In this document: one piece after another, positions 40,303 through 54,810 of the stretch
Position numbering within the stretch: position 1 is the stretch's first letter
Layout: each line of letters opens with the position of its first letter
The notes under the pieces: generated by a model
Seen by the model: only the letters and a program-made list of their open reading frames with translations
Databases searched by the model: none
What the model was told of the DNA's origin: nothing
DNA from: Eledone cirrhosa
Lineage: Eukaryota
DNA length: 64,000 nucleotides
Direction: 5' to 3'
NCBI GenBank assembly: GCA_964016885.1
Contig: OZ024748.1
Coordinates: 47,182,001 to 47,246,000, forward strand
Position numbers and translations under genes: made by a program

Positions 40303-40824
40303 CTCGCAAGACCCAGGCATATTTACTTGAATACAGATCTTACATTTTTACCGGACGAATTCGATTCTTGGAGGCGATGTAAAATAATCGTTTCACATTA
40401 GATGATTTCTTTTTATTATTATGTTTGTTTTCTTTTTTAGCGACATATCCCCCTCTTCCCAGGAAAACACGCGCACACAGACACTCTCACCCATACATAC
40501 CCCCCCCCCCCCACACACACACACACACATTTGCAAATAGAGTCTTACAATAAATCCAGAACTATTATTCTAGTGCGCTTCGATTCCAAGTAAAATTATA
40601 AAATTTCAAAGAACTACAATACATATTTTTCCGATCGTATTGCCCCTGGAAGTGTTTAAATAAAAGAATATAATTTCGATTATTGCCGCTATTTCAAGCA
40701 ATAAATTGTTATAGACAGTAAAACTTTTCAAAAGAAAAGCAACTATTTCTTGTAATTTTTCCAAGTGTTTGCGTTCTCTGTTCAAATCCTTCTCTTTTCC
40801 ATCCACATATTTTTTTCATTCTTA

Positions 40825-40975
40825 ACAATTGTTTCTACTTTTTGGCGCAATACCAGCAAGTATCCCAGTATGAAAATAGTACTTTATTTTATCGACCTGA
40901 TAAGGATTAAAGGCAAAGTTAACCTCGGCAGAATTTGAACTCTGAATGGAAAAGGCCATAACTCTTCTACTGATA
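40825..40975 (-). mobile_element. Diverged SINE copy
   Basis: aattgtttctac..gtactttattttatcgacc..aaaggcaaagttaacctcggc..tttgaactc. Confidence 0.75.
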
Positions 40976-40995
40976 CTGTTAAAATATAGATTTAC

Positions 40996-41225
40996 TTAGT
41001 GGTTAGTGTGATCAGCATGCGATCATAATGCCATGTGTTCGATTCTAGGACGCGGTTGTATGTAGCGTTATTGAGAAGAACTCATAATTTCATGTTGCAG
41101 CAGTAACTTAGATTCCATTAGTGGTAAGTGTGTTGAGCTTCCGATTATAATGTCATGTGTTCGAGTCCTCGAGAGGGTTGTATGTTTCGTTCTTGAGAAA
41201 AACGCATAATTTCATATGGCTGCCG
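40996..41225 (+). mobile_element. Two tandem decayed tRNA-like SINE heads
   Basis: tagtggttagtgtg..catgtgttcgattc..ttgagaa..cataattt repeated about 120 bp apart. Confidence 0.55.
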
Positions 41226-41281
41226 TAATTTCAACTAAGGATAATTGCAAGTGGTCGCTGGGGCGGTGATATGTACATACA

Positions 41282-41390
<109 letters not shown>

Positions 41391-41451
41391 AATAACAGTC
41401 GTAACAATGTATAATCAATAATTACCTTAATATCAATCCTCTCTTTGTTGT

Positions 41452-41510
<59 letters not shown>

Positions 41511-41517
<7 letters not shown>

Positions 41518-41787
41518 AATTAACAAAGAAGCCTTTAATACATTATAAATCTTTATTTGCTGACAATGTTTCGTCCCAGTAATCAGGACTCATCAGAGCA
41601 AGGAAAAGACAAACAATATCATCGGCTAGAACAAGCCAAAATTCAGAAGAATATTGGCTTGTTCTAGCCGATGATATTTATATTTTTGGTTTTCCTTGCT
41701 CTGATGGAGCCTGATTACTGGGACGAAACATTGTCAGCAAATAAAGATTTATAATGTATTAAAGGCTTCTTTGTTAATTTATATAAT
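41511..41787. mobile_element. Fold-back insert in (TA)n with a hammerhead in each arm
   Basis: Arms ~41511-41639 / 41654-41785. Confidence 0.88.
41557..41601 (-). ncRNA. Canonical type I hammerhead ribozyme
   Basis: Reverse complement: ttgct-CTGATGA-gtcc-tgattactg-ggac-GAAAC-att-GTC-agcaa. The plus-strand arm (41696-41740) has a damaged core, ctgatgga. Confidence 0.87.
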
Positions 41788-42139
41788 TTTTCGGCTCTGT
41801 TTGATAACATTGAGCTATCTCTTATACTGTTATTTCTCTAATACGACGAGTGTGTTTAACTCTAATGCACTCAAGTATTTTTATCTTATATATATATTTA
41901 TGTGTGTGTGTGTGTGTTAAACTAGACGATGAAGTGTATTTGGGGGCTGATTCACCAGTCTGAAGTGCAGATCGATAAATTGAATCGGGTCCAAAACTTG
42001 TATGAGTGATCATCATCCAATTGTCTGTGAAACGCGCGCAATAAAAAAAATAGTGACTACATCATCCTTTTTCTTAATACATACACTCTGTCTCTCTACT
42101 CAGTGCTCGTTTTCCTACCACCATCAGTAATTCACTGAA

Positions 42140-42225
<86 letters not shown>

Positions 42226-42234
42226 GTATTTCTG

Positions 42235-42305
42235 TCTTATGTTGAAATGTTGTGATAGGTTTCATTTATATTTAGTATACACTGAGAAATGATGAATATA
42301 TATAA

Positions 42306-42366
<61 letters not shown>

Positions 42367-42440
42367 AACTCATATATATTCATAATTTCACAGTGTATAC
42401 TAAATATAAGTGAAAGTTATCACAACATTTCAACATAAGA
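42235..42440. repeat. Inverted repeat with (TA)n as the central spacer
   Basis: tcttatgttgaaatgttgtgata..atgaatat / atattcat..tatcacaacatttcaacataaga. Confidence 0.8.
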
Positions 42441-44166
42441 GATACACCATTATTGTTTAAATTAATTTTTTGTGTTACTTCCACCTGTTAACATTATATC
42501 ATTTCCTTAATACTTATAAACGTTATTTAAGAAATATCAAAAATGATTTTCTTCTTTCCGAAATATCTTTAGATGAAACAAAAAACAACTCTAATCGCAA
42601 AAATAAAATAAAAATAAAAAATATGACCTACCAGATATTCGCAATTTAAAATATATTTTCCGAAAATAGGAAACGCGAACAGCTGCAATTTCCTATATGA
42701 GGCTCTACATTTTCGGGTTGTTGTTTTCAAAGTTCTTTAATTACGCTAAACTATTTTTGGTTAAGGAAAGCTGTCATATTGCAGTGTGGTGCCGTGTATG
42801 GAGAAAAAATATACATAGCTTTTTTTATTAAAGCTATAGTGTTCTTCCAAAAAGTATTAACCCTTTTGATACCATTCCTGTCAATATATGCCTTTTTTTG
42901 TGAAAAAATACCTAGTTTGATGGTGATCATTTGAATTTATATCTTTTAACAGCATTTTATATAAGAATGGTATGCTAAGTTACTATCCCTAAGATTCTTC
43001 ATCAATTAATTATAGTAGAATGCATTTCATTAGAAATACTGTCATAACTAGGATTTAGTGTGTTAGGATTAGGATCATGTCCTTGAGCAAAATAATTTAT
43101 TTCACTTTCCTTCAGTTCCATTAGTCCAAACTGCAGAAGAACATGAGACCCAGTAGCATGTAAGCATTAATCATTTACAGATATAGTATCCCGCCCAGAG
43201 GAAAGATGTGCTCTTAAAAGCTTAACACCAAAGAAACCGATATAAGCTAGAAAGCTCGAGAAAGACTTTTAGCGATAACAAGTTGTACATATATAACACT
43301 CAAATTCTTGAGAACATATTTCGGTTTCTTATAGAAGCTTACATGAATGTTTGTTTCCTAACGACGTTAGATTTATGACAATGTTGTTCCTGGTTCGATC
43401 TCACTACGTGATACATTGAGGATGAGATTCCCACAATATTTTCTGGGGGCCAATTTATGAGATAGCAACTGTGCAAAAGACCATTGTATATATTAACTAT
43501 ATTACATATGTATTATAATTTTTCAATGGATTTTCTCAAAAGGGAACATATGTTTACACGGAAATAAAACATTAAAATGATTAATGTTGTCATTATCTGT
43601 TTCTTTTTTCATGTATTTTAGAAGACATCATACACTTTCTAAAAAATATTTTTTGAATCGTAAGAAAAAAATAATGAGTGCTTAAGTAAAATGTCGAATA
43701 AAAATACCCGGATGTATCGAATGCAAAAGAATGTAATCCTCGATCTTAAACAGTTTTTTTTTGCCGTCTGTTTTATTAACGTGTTAGAAAACCTCGCAGC
43801 CATCTTGAATCATAAAAGAGTGGTTCGTGAGATTTTCATACATTAGCTGAATGCCTAGAATAAAAATAAAAACATCGTGAAACTTCGAACGAAACAACAT
43901 AAGTAATATGCTCACGATCTGCTTTGCCTTTTGGGCAGTAAGAGAGAGAAAATACATACATATATACATACATACACACACACAATATTTGTATATTTTT
44001 CCTAATATTTTTCATTTCCACCAAGCACAATTCAATTCGATTTCCCTTTCTATAAATACACACGAGTTTGATCTTGAAATTTTCCATCGGAACACTATTG
44101 ATACATGCATTCGACTAAATCCTATCGTATCTTTTGAAACCACAATTCAATAATGTATACAAACAT

Positions 44167-44560
<394 letters not shown>

Positions 44561-44782
44561 ATCGTGTGTCGAAACAAATATTGTTATACTATGATAATAA
44601 TAATACTGGTGGTGTTGCAGATGTGCAACGAAAGAACTTTGTTAGACAATATATATATATTTATATCTGTATTTTTAACCATAGCTCAGTCAATGATAAA
44701 CATCGATTGCCAAATAACTATGAAGATATAAAAAATGCAGAAGCGAAAACCAACGAAATAGTGAGTGTACTGTTATTATTTT

Positions 44783-44962
44783 TGGCAGTATCGGTAGAGG
44801 GTCGGACGCCATGCTTTGACGCATAGTGTTACGGCCCTTGCCATTCTGAGTTCAAATCCCGCCGAGGTTAACTTTGCTTTTCATCCTTACGGGGTCGATA
44901 AAATAAAGTACCAGTAATGCACTGGTGTAATTGCTGGCCTTGTGCCAAAAGTAGAAACAATT
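44783..44962 (+). mobile_element. SINE copy
   Basis: tggcagtatcggtagagggtcggacgcc..gagttcaaatcc..tagaaacaattat. Confidence 0.88.
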
Positions 44963-45006
44963 ATTTTTGGCAATATCATTAAAACAATATGACCCACCCC
45001 AAGTAT

Positions 45007-45060
<54 letters not shown>

Positions 45061-45139
45061 TATATTATATTTTGAGAATAAACTCTCAGTCGTTTACAAT
45101 AATCAAGCTCCAAGAAAAGGGGCATTTCCGAGCAGTTAA

Positions 45140-45944
45140 ATACATTAAAATATATGATAAACACAAAAGGTGTTTACATTGCAACAGACAAAGTTAGCTA
45201 TTAATGAAATAAACTAATTAAAGTGAATCCAATTTGTCTGACTCGATATAAGTCAATAAAGACAAGCTTATATTGGCAACGGCCATGATTCCTGGACAGA
45301 TTTAAATTTCAAAATCCAAACCTGTTCCGTAGACGAATTTGAACCTCGAAACCTAAATCCGTTTCGCAACGGTGGTATGTGAATTGAAAAATAAAGAGAA
45401 TCGAAATGGAATTGAAATAAAAAGTGAAATATCCAAATCTTCTGTGCTTATCAACAGGAATCCAGTAAAATTAGTACATCTCACATCAAAAATTTTGCAG
45501 GTCTGACTACACGTGTGTAGCCAGGCCAAACTAGCCGTCCCGCATTCCCAGTGCTAGAAATAACAGCCGTTTATGCGGGATTAAAGATTAGCTCTACAGT
45601 TAAGGAGCAATATACTATATTATATATTATTCCTGTTGATAAGCACAGAATATTTGGATATTTCACTTTTTATTTCAATTCCATTTCGATTCTCTTTATT
45701 TTTCAATTCACATACCACCGTTGCGAAACGGATTTAGGTTTCGAGGTTCAAATTCGTCTACGGAACAGGTTTGGATTTTGAAATTTAAATCTGTCCAGGA
45801 ATCATGGCCGTTGCCAATATAAGGTTGTCTTTATTGACTTATATCGAGACAGACAAATTGTATTCACTTTAATTAGTTTATTTCATTAATAGCTAACTTT
45901 GTCTGTTGCAATGCAAACACCTTTTGTGTTTATCATATATTTTA

Positions 45945-45950
<6 letters not shown>
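45140..45950. repeat. Large fold-back insert in (TA)n (arms 45140-45461 / 45629-45950)
   Basis: ~320 bp near-identical inverted arms with a ~167 bp spacer. Confidence 0.92.
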
Positions 45951-46011
<61 letters not shown>

Positions 46012-46371
46012 TGAAAAAATTTGCTTTTAAATCATTTTTAATTCCTTACAAATGTTCCGAGAGATTTATACATCGAATTGTTAGAAGAATGTTACGTGAA
46101 AAATTCGGGTAATCAAGCTCTATACATACAAAATGATATACATATGTAATCTATACTTCTCCAACTTTAGAGCATTTTAAAAAGTATTATATTGAAGCAG
46201 AATATATTCGAAATTCAATTCCCAAGTTACACAGGATAAGGGACGTCTCAAGTCGACCCATCGGCATAGAGAATTACATACCATCATATGATTCTCTACA
46301 TATATTTGAGCTGTGTACATATATATATATACATTTACCTTTGCTATATACACATATATGTGCAACGAAAT

Positions 46372-46403
46372 CCTAACCCTAACCCTAACCCTATAACCCT
46401 AAC
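46372..46403 (-). repeat. Short interstitial (TTAGGG)n tract
   Basis: cctaaccctaaccctaaccctataaccctaac. Confidence 0.75.
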
Positions 46404-46542
46404 AATTATAAATACTTATTGAGGGTGTCAGGTGACGTGAGCCTGGTCGCAGAAAACTGGCAGAATTATCTTTATAGTTATCTGTACTGGATCGATATTA
46501 TTTTGAAATCTGAAATTTTCTCTATATATATATATATAAATG

Positions 46543-46634
<92 letters not shown>

Positions 46635-46808
46635 ACGCATGCACAGAAACATGTGTGGATCTGTGAGTGTGTATGTGTGTGTGATAGAAAATTTCAGATT
46701 TCAAAATAATGTCGATCCAGTGCAGATAACTATAAAGATAATTCTACAAGTTTTCTGCGACCAAGCTCACGTCACCTGACACCCTCAATAAGTATTTATA
46801 ATTGTTAG
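46399..46808. repeat. Inverted repeat (arms 46399-46521 / 46687-46808) with a (TA)n-containing spacer
   Basis: ctaacaattataaatacttattgagggtgtcaggtgacgtgag.. / ..ctcacgtcacctgacaccctcaataagtatttataattgttag. Confidence 0.88.
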
Positions 46809-46859
46809 CTTTGGAACAGCTATATAATCAAATATTCATAATATGTATATATATATATA

Positions 46860-47479
46860 AAAAACACGAGAAGAAAGAAGAATACTGCGTGGTTTGCACA
46901 TGGGTTACATATGATAAAAATAGTCCTTCGTCAGTGATTTTCCAACCATCATTGGTATTTCATCGCATTAAAAATCAGATACCTCAGGTTGGTGCGAGCA
47001 ATAACTAAAAAAAGTTATTGGGACCAGAATTCGCGTAAGGCGAGGGGGACAAGTAAACAACATAGAAGGATAAAAGCAAACCGAAGATAGGAAAATAAAC
47101 AAGCAACATGGTTGTCCGGTCAGCATAAGCTGGGTGGATTTTATGAGCGGGAGAGGTACAGGCCGTGTTGATGTGTGTGAGATGTGAGCAAGAAGACACC
47201 CACTCAAGCCAAACGGGGGGAAGTGAGAAGGGAGAAACAGAGAGTGAGTGAGTGGAAGTGTGAGGAAGAGGTCAGTCGAGAGAAATGTAACTGAAAGAGG
47301 GGGCGAAAGAAGGTGAGAGAAACGGAGAGATTGGGAAGCAGTAAGAGAAAAACAGACAAACGCAGCCGAGGTAAATATATATAAAAAACATGAGAAGAAA
47401 GAGGAATACTGCGTGGTTTACACATGGGTTACATATGATAAAAATAGTCCTTCGTCAGTGATTTTCCAACCATCATCGC

Positions 47480-47480
<1 letters not shown>
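46860..47480. repeat. Insert in (TA)n bounded by ~95 bp direct repeats (46860-46952 / 47384-47476)
   Basis: gagaagaaaga.gaatactgcgtggttt.cacatgggttacatatgataaaaatagtccttcgtcagtgattttccaaccatcat occurs twice. Confidence 0.85.
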
Positions 47481-47543
<63 letters not shown>

Positions 47544-48387
47544 AGAGAGAGAGAGAGGGTGGGATATAGAAAGAGAGAGAGAGTGAGTGAGAGAGAGAGA
47601 GAGAGTGAGAGAGAGAGAGAGAGAGCGAGAGAGCGAAAGAGAGACAGAGAGAGTGCGAGAGAGTGATGATGAAAGAGAGAGCGATGGAGAGAGAACGATT
47701 AGCGAGGAGAGAGAGAGGGAAGAGAGAGAATGATGAGGGAAAGAGAGAGTGAGAGAGATAGATTAGCGAGGAGAGAGAGAGGAGAGAGAGAATGATGAGG
47801 GAGAGAGAGAATGATGAGGGAGAGAGAGAATGAGACAGCGAGTGAGAGAGAACAAGATTAGGGAGGAGAGAGAGAGGAGAGAGAGGAATGATGAGCGAGA
47901 GAGAGAGTGTGAGAGAACAAGATTAGGGAGGAGAGAGAGAGGAGAGAGAGGAATGATGAGCGAGAGAGAGAGTGAGAGAGAACAAGATTAGGGAGGAGAG
48001 AGAGAGGAAAGAGAGAATGATGAAATAGAGAGTGAGAGAGAAAGATTGGGGAGAAGAGAGAGAGTGAGAGATGAGAAAAGATTCAGCAAGAAGAGGAGAG
48101 AGAGAGGGGAGAGAGAGAGATGAGAGAAGAGAGAGAGAAGTGGTGAAAGAGATGTCTTCTGTATATTAAAACACTTCTGTAAATATAAGATGTACTCACG
48201 GTGACCTGAAGGGTTGAGATTTACCTATGCAGATAAATAAAAAATTAAATCCATTATTTGCCTGGTAATTTTTCAATTCCAAATATTATAACGAAAGCAA
48301 AAACGCACGGGAAATTTACTTATTGCGTTCGAGCTCCGATAAAAAAGATGAAATAACAAGAAACCCGATTCACAAACACGCACAGAT

Positions 48388-48436
<49 letters not shown>

Positions 48437-48576
48437 ATTATAGATATATATTATATATTATGTGTATATATATATTATAGGTACATCTTTATATGCACAA
48501 ATACCCACTTATGCGTGTGTGCATAGTGATGTGTATGTATATGTAATCATATATTCAAACACACACATATATACAT

Positions 48577-48632
<56 letters not shown>

Positions 48633-48784
48633 ATGTGTATACTTTTTTCTTCGTTTTCCTTTCATTTCATTTCGTATTCCTTTACATCGGTTTTTGCCAC
48701 TAAAATTGTTTTTGTTTTTATCGTTTTTTTTATTGAAAATATTTCCAACAAAAGATGACGATGAAGAGAGAGAGGCAATAGAAA

Positions 48785-48826
<42 letters not shown>

Positions 48827-48858
48827 GTACATTATCTTTATATATATATATATGTACG

Positions 48859-48906
<48 letters not shown>

Positions 48907-48939
48907 GTACATAATCTTTATATATATATATATATATAA

Positions 48940-49015
<76 letters not shown>

Positions 49016-49024
49016 GTTCATAAT

Positions 49025-49055
<31 letters not shown>

Positions 49056-49098
49056 CGTTCATAATCTTTATATATATATATATAAATACGTACATAAT

Positions 49099-49152
<54 letters not shown>

Positions 49153-49322
49153 GGAGAGGGGGAGCAAGATTCCACGAGTTGCAACTAGAAATATTAATGT
49201 TTTAATAAACCTAATATCTCTCTCTGTAAATATATATATATATATATATATGCACACTTATATGCGTATATACGTATACATATATGTATATATATATATA
49301 TAGTTGTGTGTGTGTTTGTGTG

Positions 49323-49389
<67 letters not shown>

Positions 49390-49855
49390 CACAATTATAT
49401 GTGTATACATTCATATATAGATATATATATACATATATATACATATGTATACATATTTATATGGATGTGTGTGTGTGTATATATATATGTATGTATACTT
49501 GTTAAATCTATCAGTAAAGAGTGAAGACGTGTGTCTTCATTGTACGTGTTTCGAGTTATGATCCTATGTGGTGAGTTCAATACTTGTTGGTTGTATCTGC
49601 GACCATGACACTTCATTTAACGTACATCTCGTCTACTTACTTCGCGGAAATATTTGTTATGTCTGTAATTCAAAGGATCAGTCTTGTCACATATTGTGGC
49701 AGGCTGTATTTCTATGGGAACGAAATGAAGTGTGCAGACATCTATGGAATCATCAGTGGCTTGCATCGCAGAATGCAAAAAGCTATGCAACCAACGGATG
49801 TCAAAAACCCCACAATTCAATACAACTAAAGACAATCAGAAGGATGATTATAGCG

Positions 49856-50269
49856 TTAACCCTTTAGCTTTTAAACCGGCCATATCCGGCCAGAATTCTG
49901 TCACCTCTGTCTCTTCAAACCAGCCATAACCGGCTGTTCATAGTTATGTTAAGATAGTCTTCTCAAAATAAATAATATCAAAATTTCGTAGATTCGATAT
50001 TATGTGAGATAATTCTAAGAAATAAAGTGTTTACCGTGAAAATACAATCATAAATATATAATAATTGTTTCTACGTTTGGCACAAGGCCAGCAATTACCC
50101 CAGTTCATTACTTGTAATATATTTTGTCGATCCCCGTAAGGATGAGAGGCAACGTTAACCTCGGTGGGATTTGAACTCAGAATGGTAGGGGCAGTAACTC
50201 TATGCTGGAAAGTATGGCGTCCGACCCTCTACCGATATTGCCTATCCACTGTAAATGCTAAAGGATTAA
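49856..50269. mobile_element. piggyBac-like MITE (TTAA-flanked) interrupted by a SINE at ~50058-50250
   Basis: TTAA-ccctttagctttt ... aaatgctaaagga-TTAA. Confidence 0.65.
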
Positions 50270-51168
50270 AATGGGCAACGGATTAAGCCTCTGACTCTAG
50301 TGGACGTTGGTAAAGAGATCCGTAGGTCAATGCTACACATTAAAGTTCCTACTCTTGATGACATTACGAAAGGCATCTAGGAATAAGATTGAGTGGGATA
50401 TAAGGCTACAAATCAAGTGGAAAGTACCACGGGGAAGAATGCTGGTGTTAAATTATGTGACAGAATATGGCTTCTACATTTACCGAAATAAAAGAGTAAA
50501 CAACAACAAAATATTTCCTAACAAGCAATCGAAATCAGAACACTAACAAATATGTATCTACTTAGGTTAAAAAAATATCAATCTCGTGTCTTATTATTTT
50601 GAAATGTTGTTCATCAGTTGCGAAAGTAAATGAAGAAAAATATTTTTTTAAATATAAGAAATAAAAGATTTAAGAATATAAGAATAAACTATTTGTAATG
50701 ATGATTATAAAAAAAGACAAATACTTCTAAATGAAGATTATATAAAAAAAATATATATATATTTCTGTATTAGTTAACATATTTTGATTTGCAGTCGTTC
50801 AATCCTACAATTCTTCATTTATTTATTTATTGGGTAACGATCGTCAAGAAGGAAGATTTATCATAACATAAAATGTTTTTATAGCGACATAAACATCGGT
50901 TTTCGAAATTGCTTCATCTTTAAATATGTCGAATATTTCAAGCAGGAATAATTGTGTTCGATCAGTAGCAAAATATCTTTATTTACTGTTAGTTCATTAA
51001 GAGACACAGACAAAGGCCAATATCAATATATCGATAGATTTACCATTGCAAAGATAACTTTGCGATAAACACATTCCATTAGATGTGTATTGTATTGTGA
51101 GAGGCATTTCAATACAGAAGGATTAAAAATGCACACACTTATACACACGCAAGTTGGCACAGAAAAAC

Positions 51169-51224
<56 letters not shown>

Positions 51225-51429
51225 GGAGAGAGAGAGGGGGAGAGTGAAAGGATGGGGGAGAGTGAAAGGATGGGGGAGAGAGTGCGAGGGCGGCTGTGAT
51301 GGTGGGGGGAGAAGGAGAGGGAGGGAGAGTGAGAGGGGAGAGAGACATTCACATGCACGCACAAACAAAAGATAAGCCAAACAAATGTAACCACAGATAA
51401 ACTAATGTATATATATATATATATATATA

Positions 51430-51513
51430 TATACGTATGTGTGTAAAATACATGCATATATATATGTATATCTTTGTGTATATACACATATATGTTTACA
51501 TATATATACATAT

Positions 51514-51566
<53 letters not shown>

Positions 51567-52273
51567 AAATACATGCATATACATATGTGTATGTATATTT
51601 TGTATATTTGTATATATGTATATATGTACATCTTTGTATATATACACATATATGTTTATATATATATATATATATGTTTATATATATTATATATATATAT
51701 GTATGTATGTGTGTGTAAAATACATGCATATACATATGTGTATGTATATTTTGTATATATACACATATATGTTTATATATACATAGGTTTATATATATAT
51801 CTATGTGTGTGTGTGTGTAAAATACATGCATATACATATGTGTATGTATATTTTGTATATATTTATATATGTATATCTTTGTATATATACACATATATGT
51901 TTATATATATATACATGTTTATATATATATATATATGTATGTATGTGTGTGTGTGTAAAATACATGCATATACATATGTTATGTATATTTTGTATATATG
52001 TATATATGTACATCTTTGTATATATACACATATATGTTTATATATATATACATATGTTTATATATTATATATTTATATATATATGTGTGTGTGTGTAAAA
52101 TACATGCATATACATATGTGTATGTATATTTTGTATATTTGTATATATGTATATATGTACATCTTTGTATATATACACATATATGTTTATATATATATAT
52201 ACATATGTTTATATATATTATATATATATATGTATGTGTGTGTGTAAAATACATGCATATACATATGTGTATG

Positions 52274-52326
<53 letters not shown>

Positions 52327-52557
52327 AAAATACATGCATATACATGTGTATGTATATTTTTTATATATGTATATATGTATATCGTTGCATATATACACAT
52401 ATATGTTTATATATATATACATGTTTATATATATATATGTATGTATGTGTGTGTAAAATACATGCATATACATATGTGTATGTATATTTTGTATATATTT
52501 ATATATGTATATCTTTGTATATATACACATTTATGTTTATATATACATACATATGTT

Positions 52558-52610
<53 letters not shown>

Positions 52611-52826
52611 CTGTGTGTGTAAAATACATGCATATACATGTGTATGTATTTGTTTTATATATGTATATATGTATATCTTTGTATATATACATATATATGT
52701 TTATATATATATATATATATATATATGTGTGAGTGTGTGTGTGTGTAAAATACATGCATATACATGTGTATGTCTATTTTTTATATATGTATATATGTAT
52801 ATCTTTGCATATATACACATATATGT

Positions 52827-52900
<74 letters not shown>
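51430..52900. repeat. Compound minisatellite (~110-150 bp units, about a dozen copies)
   Basis: gtgtgtaaaatacatgcatatacat..tctttgtatatatacacatatatgtttata recurs with variable (TA)n/(TG)n lengths. Confidence 0.9.
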
Positions 52901-52902
<2 letters not shown>

Positions 52903-53816
52903 CCACATATGTGTGTATGTACACATAGATATGCCTGAGATGTGAGCCACCGTTGGAAGTCACAGATTGTGACACCAGTGCATAATACATGTAATACAGA
53001 TTAATATATTTATTAGTTCGAAACTAATCTTTCACGAAATCAGTACACAGAGAGATGATTTTTTTCCTTTCATTATTTTGTATGTCTATATTAGTTTCTA
53101 TATTTCTAACATTAGCACAAGGCTAGCAATTTAAGGGATAGTGAAATTTCATTATATTGACCTCAGTATTTAACTGGTACTTTATTTTATGGACCTAGAA
53201 ACGTGAAACGCAAAATTAACCACAGGGGTTTTGAACATAATACGTAGAAAGTGCTAATTATTTAACATCGCAAGGCATTTTTTCCGGAAATTTAACAATT
53301 CTGAGTACCCATCGAATGGATGTTGGTAATGTAAGCTACCTCGTCCATAAATGTCATCCCCTGACCCAACGACTAAAATTAAGAAGTTTTCTTACTTTTG
53401 TCCAGTGCCTCACAATATTTTAAGTGGAGACAAGACCCCATGAGATGACCGAGTGTCAGGAGAATAACTTTCCCCCACTGATATTGAAATCCTAATTTTC
53501 CCCGAGGGTTCTACAGAAGCCACTGAATTTCTTTAAAATATTGCACATGGTGATAAGTTCTTTGGTCAGATAGATATATAAGTTTGGTTCAACCACATCC
53601 GAATGTGGAAAAGGAAATCAGAGTATGGAGCAATACCTTGTCTCCTGTGTGCAATTTAAAAGATTTTGTAGATTTCAGGGAAAACTTTAGGAGCTGAATC
53701 GTGAGTTGAAAAACTGTTATATGATCACTAGACTAGCTTGGAACAAACGAGAGTAAAAGGTGGCAGCTCAATGTGGAGGGTAATCTGAAACGTTCCTAGG
53801 CTGACTACGAAAGATT

Positions 53817-54087
53817 GATGCTAGAGATGTGAAATCTTGCATGCGTAATTTCAACTTATCTTACTAATAACTGCATTGTTTGTTTCCAGGAACTATGTAG
53901 AAAAATAAACCACATTTGGTCATTCCATCAGAGTATCTTGGTCAGCCTATGATGCTAGAGCTGTGAAATCTTGCATGCATTAAATTCAACTTTTCTTTTT
54001 ATTAACTGCATTGTTTCTTTTCAAGGACTATGTTGAAAAATAAACCACATTTGGTCATTCCATGAGAGTATCTTGGTCAGCCTATGA
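53817..54087. repeat. Tandem duplication, 2 x ~134 bp
   Basis: gatgctagag.tgtgaaatcttgcatgc..gagtatcttggtcagcctatga occurs twice. Confidence 0.9.
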
Positions 54088-54476
54088 ATATTGCGTCCGA
54101 CCCTCGTATGTTACTGTGATTAAGGTCTAGTTTGAAACTAAACCGCTTATTAGATATAGCTGATAACCTGGATTAGAATTATATCGACAGATACACCTTA
54201 AGTATTCTGAGTACGGGGCTTGGATATAAGATTGGTAAATTGAATGTTTGCATTAGAAAATACACTTGAAGCTGATGTTGTTAATGTTGATGTTGTTGAT
54301 GAAGTAGTTCTTTGAAGATTTTCCAAACGTAACAATCCTAAATCCGATGTAATATAGATTTTCTGTGTACAATAGTCTTGTGAGTGCTTTGTTGCTGCTT
54401 TTGTATAATTATAGATATGTACCTACATGAATACACACACAGCCACACTTAAATATATATATATATGTGTGTGTGT

Positions 54477-54553
<77 letters not shown>

Positions 54554-54769
54554 GTGCGTGTGTGTGCGTGCGTGCGTGCGTGCGTGCGTGTGTGAGCGTG
54601 ACATTATATATATATATATATATATAATTTCATACTCACACACAGACATACACTCACACACACACACACACATTAACCCACTCGATATGCAAATTAGGCT
54701 GCTCAGCCGTTAATATGCATAAGGAAAGTATATACTGCCAGACGTTCAATCATCTGGCAGGAAGGTATA

Positions 54770-54810
54770 CGTTGCTGACGATAGCTAATAAGCTTGAAAC
54801 AAGTACAGCG
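54770..54810 (+). ncRNA. Type I hammerhead motif
   Basis: cgttg-CTGACGA-t-agct-aata-agct-t-GAAAC-aa-GTA-cagcg. Helix I is cgttg/cagcg. Confidence 0.75.
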
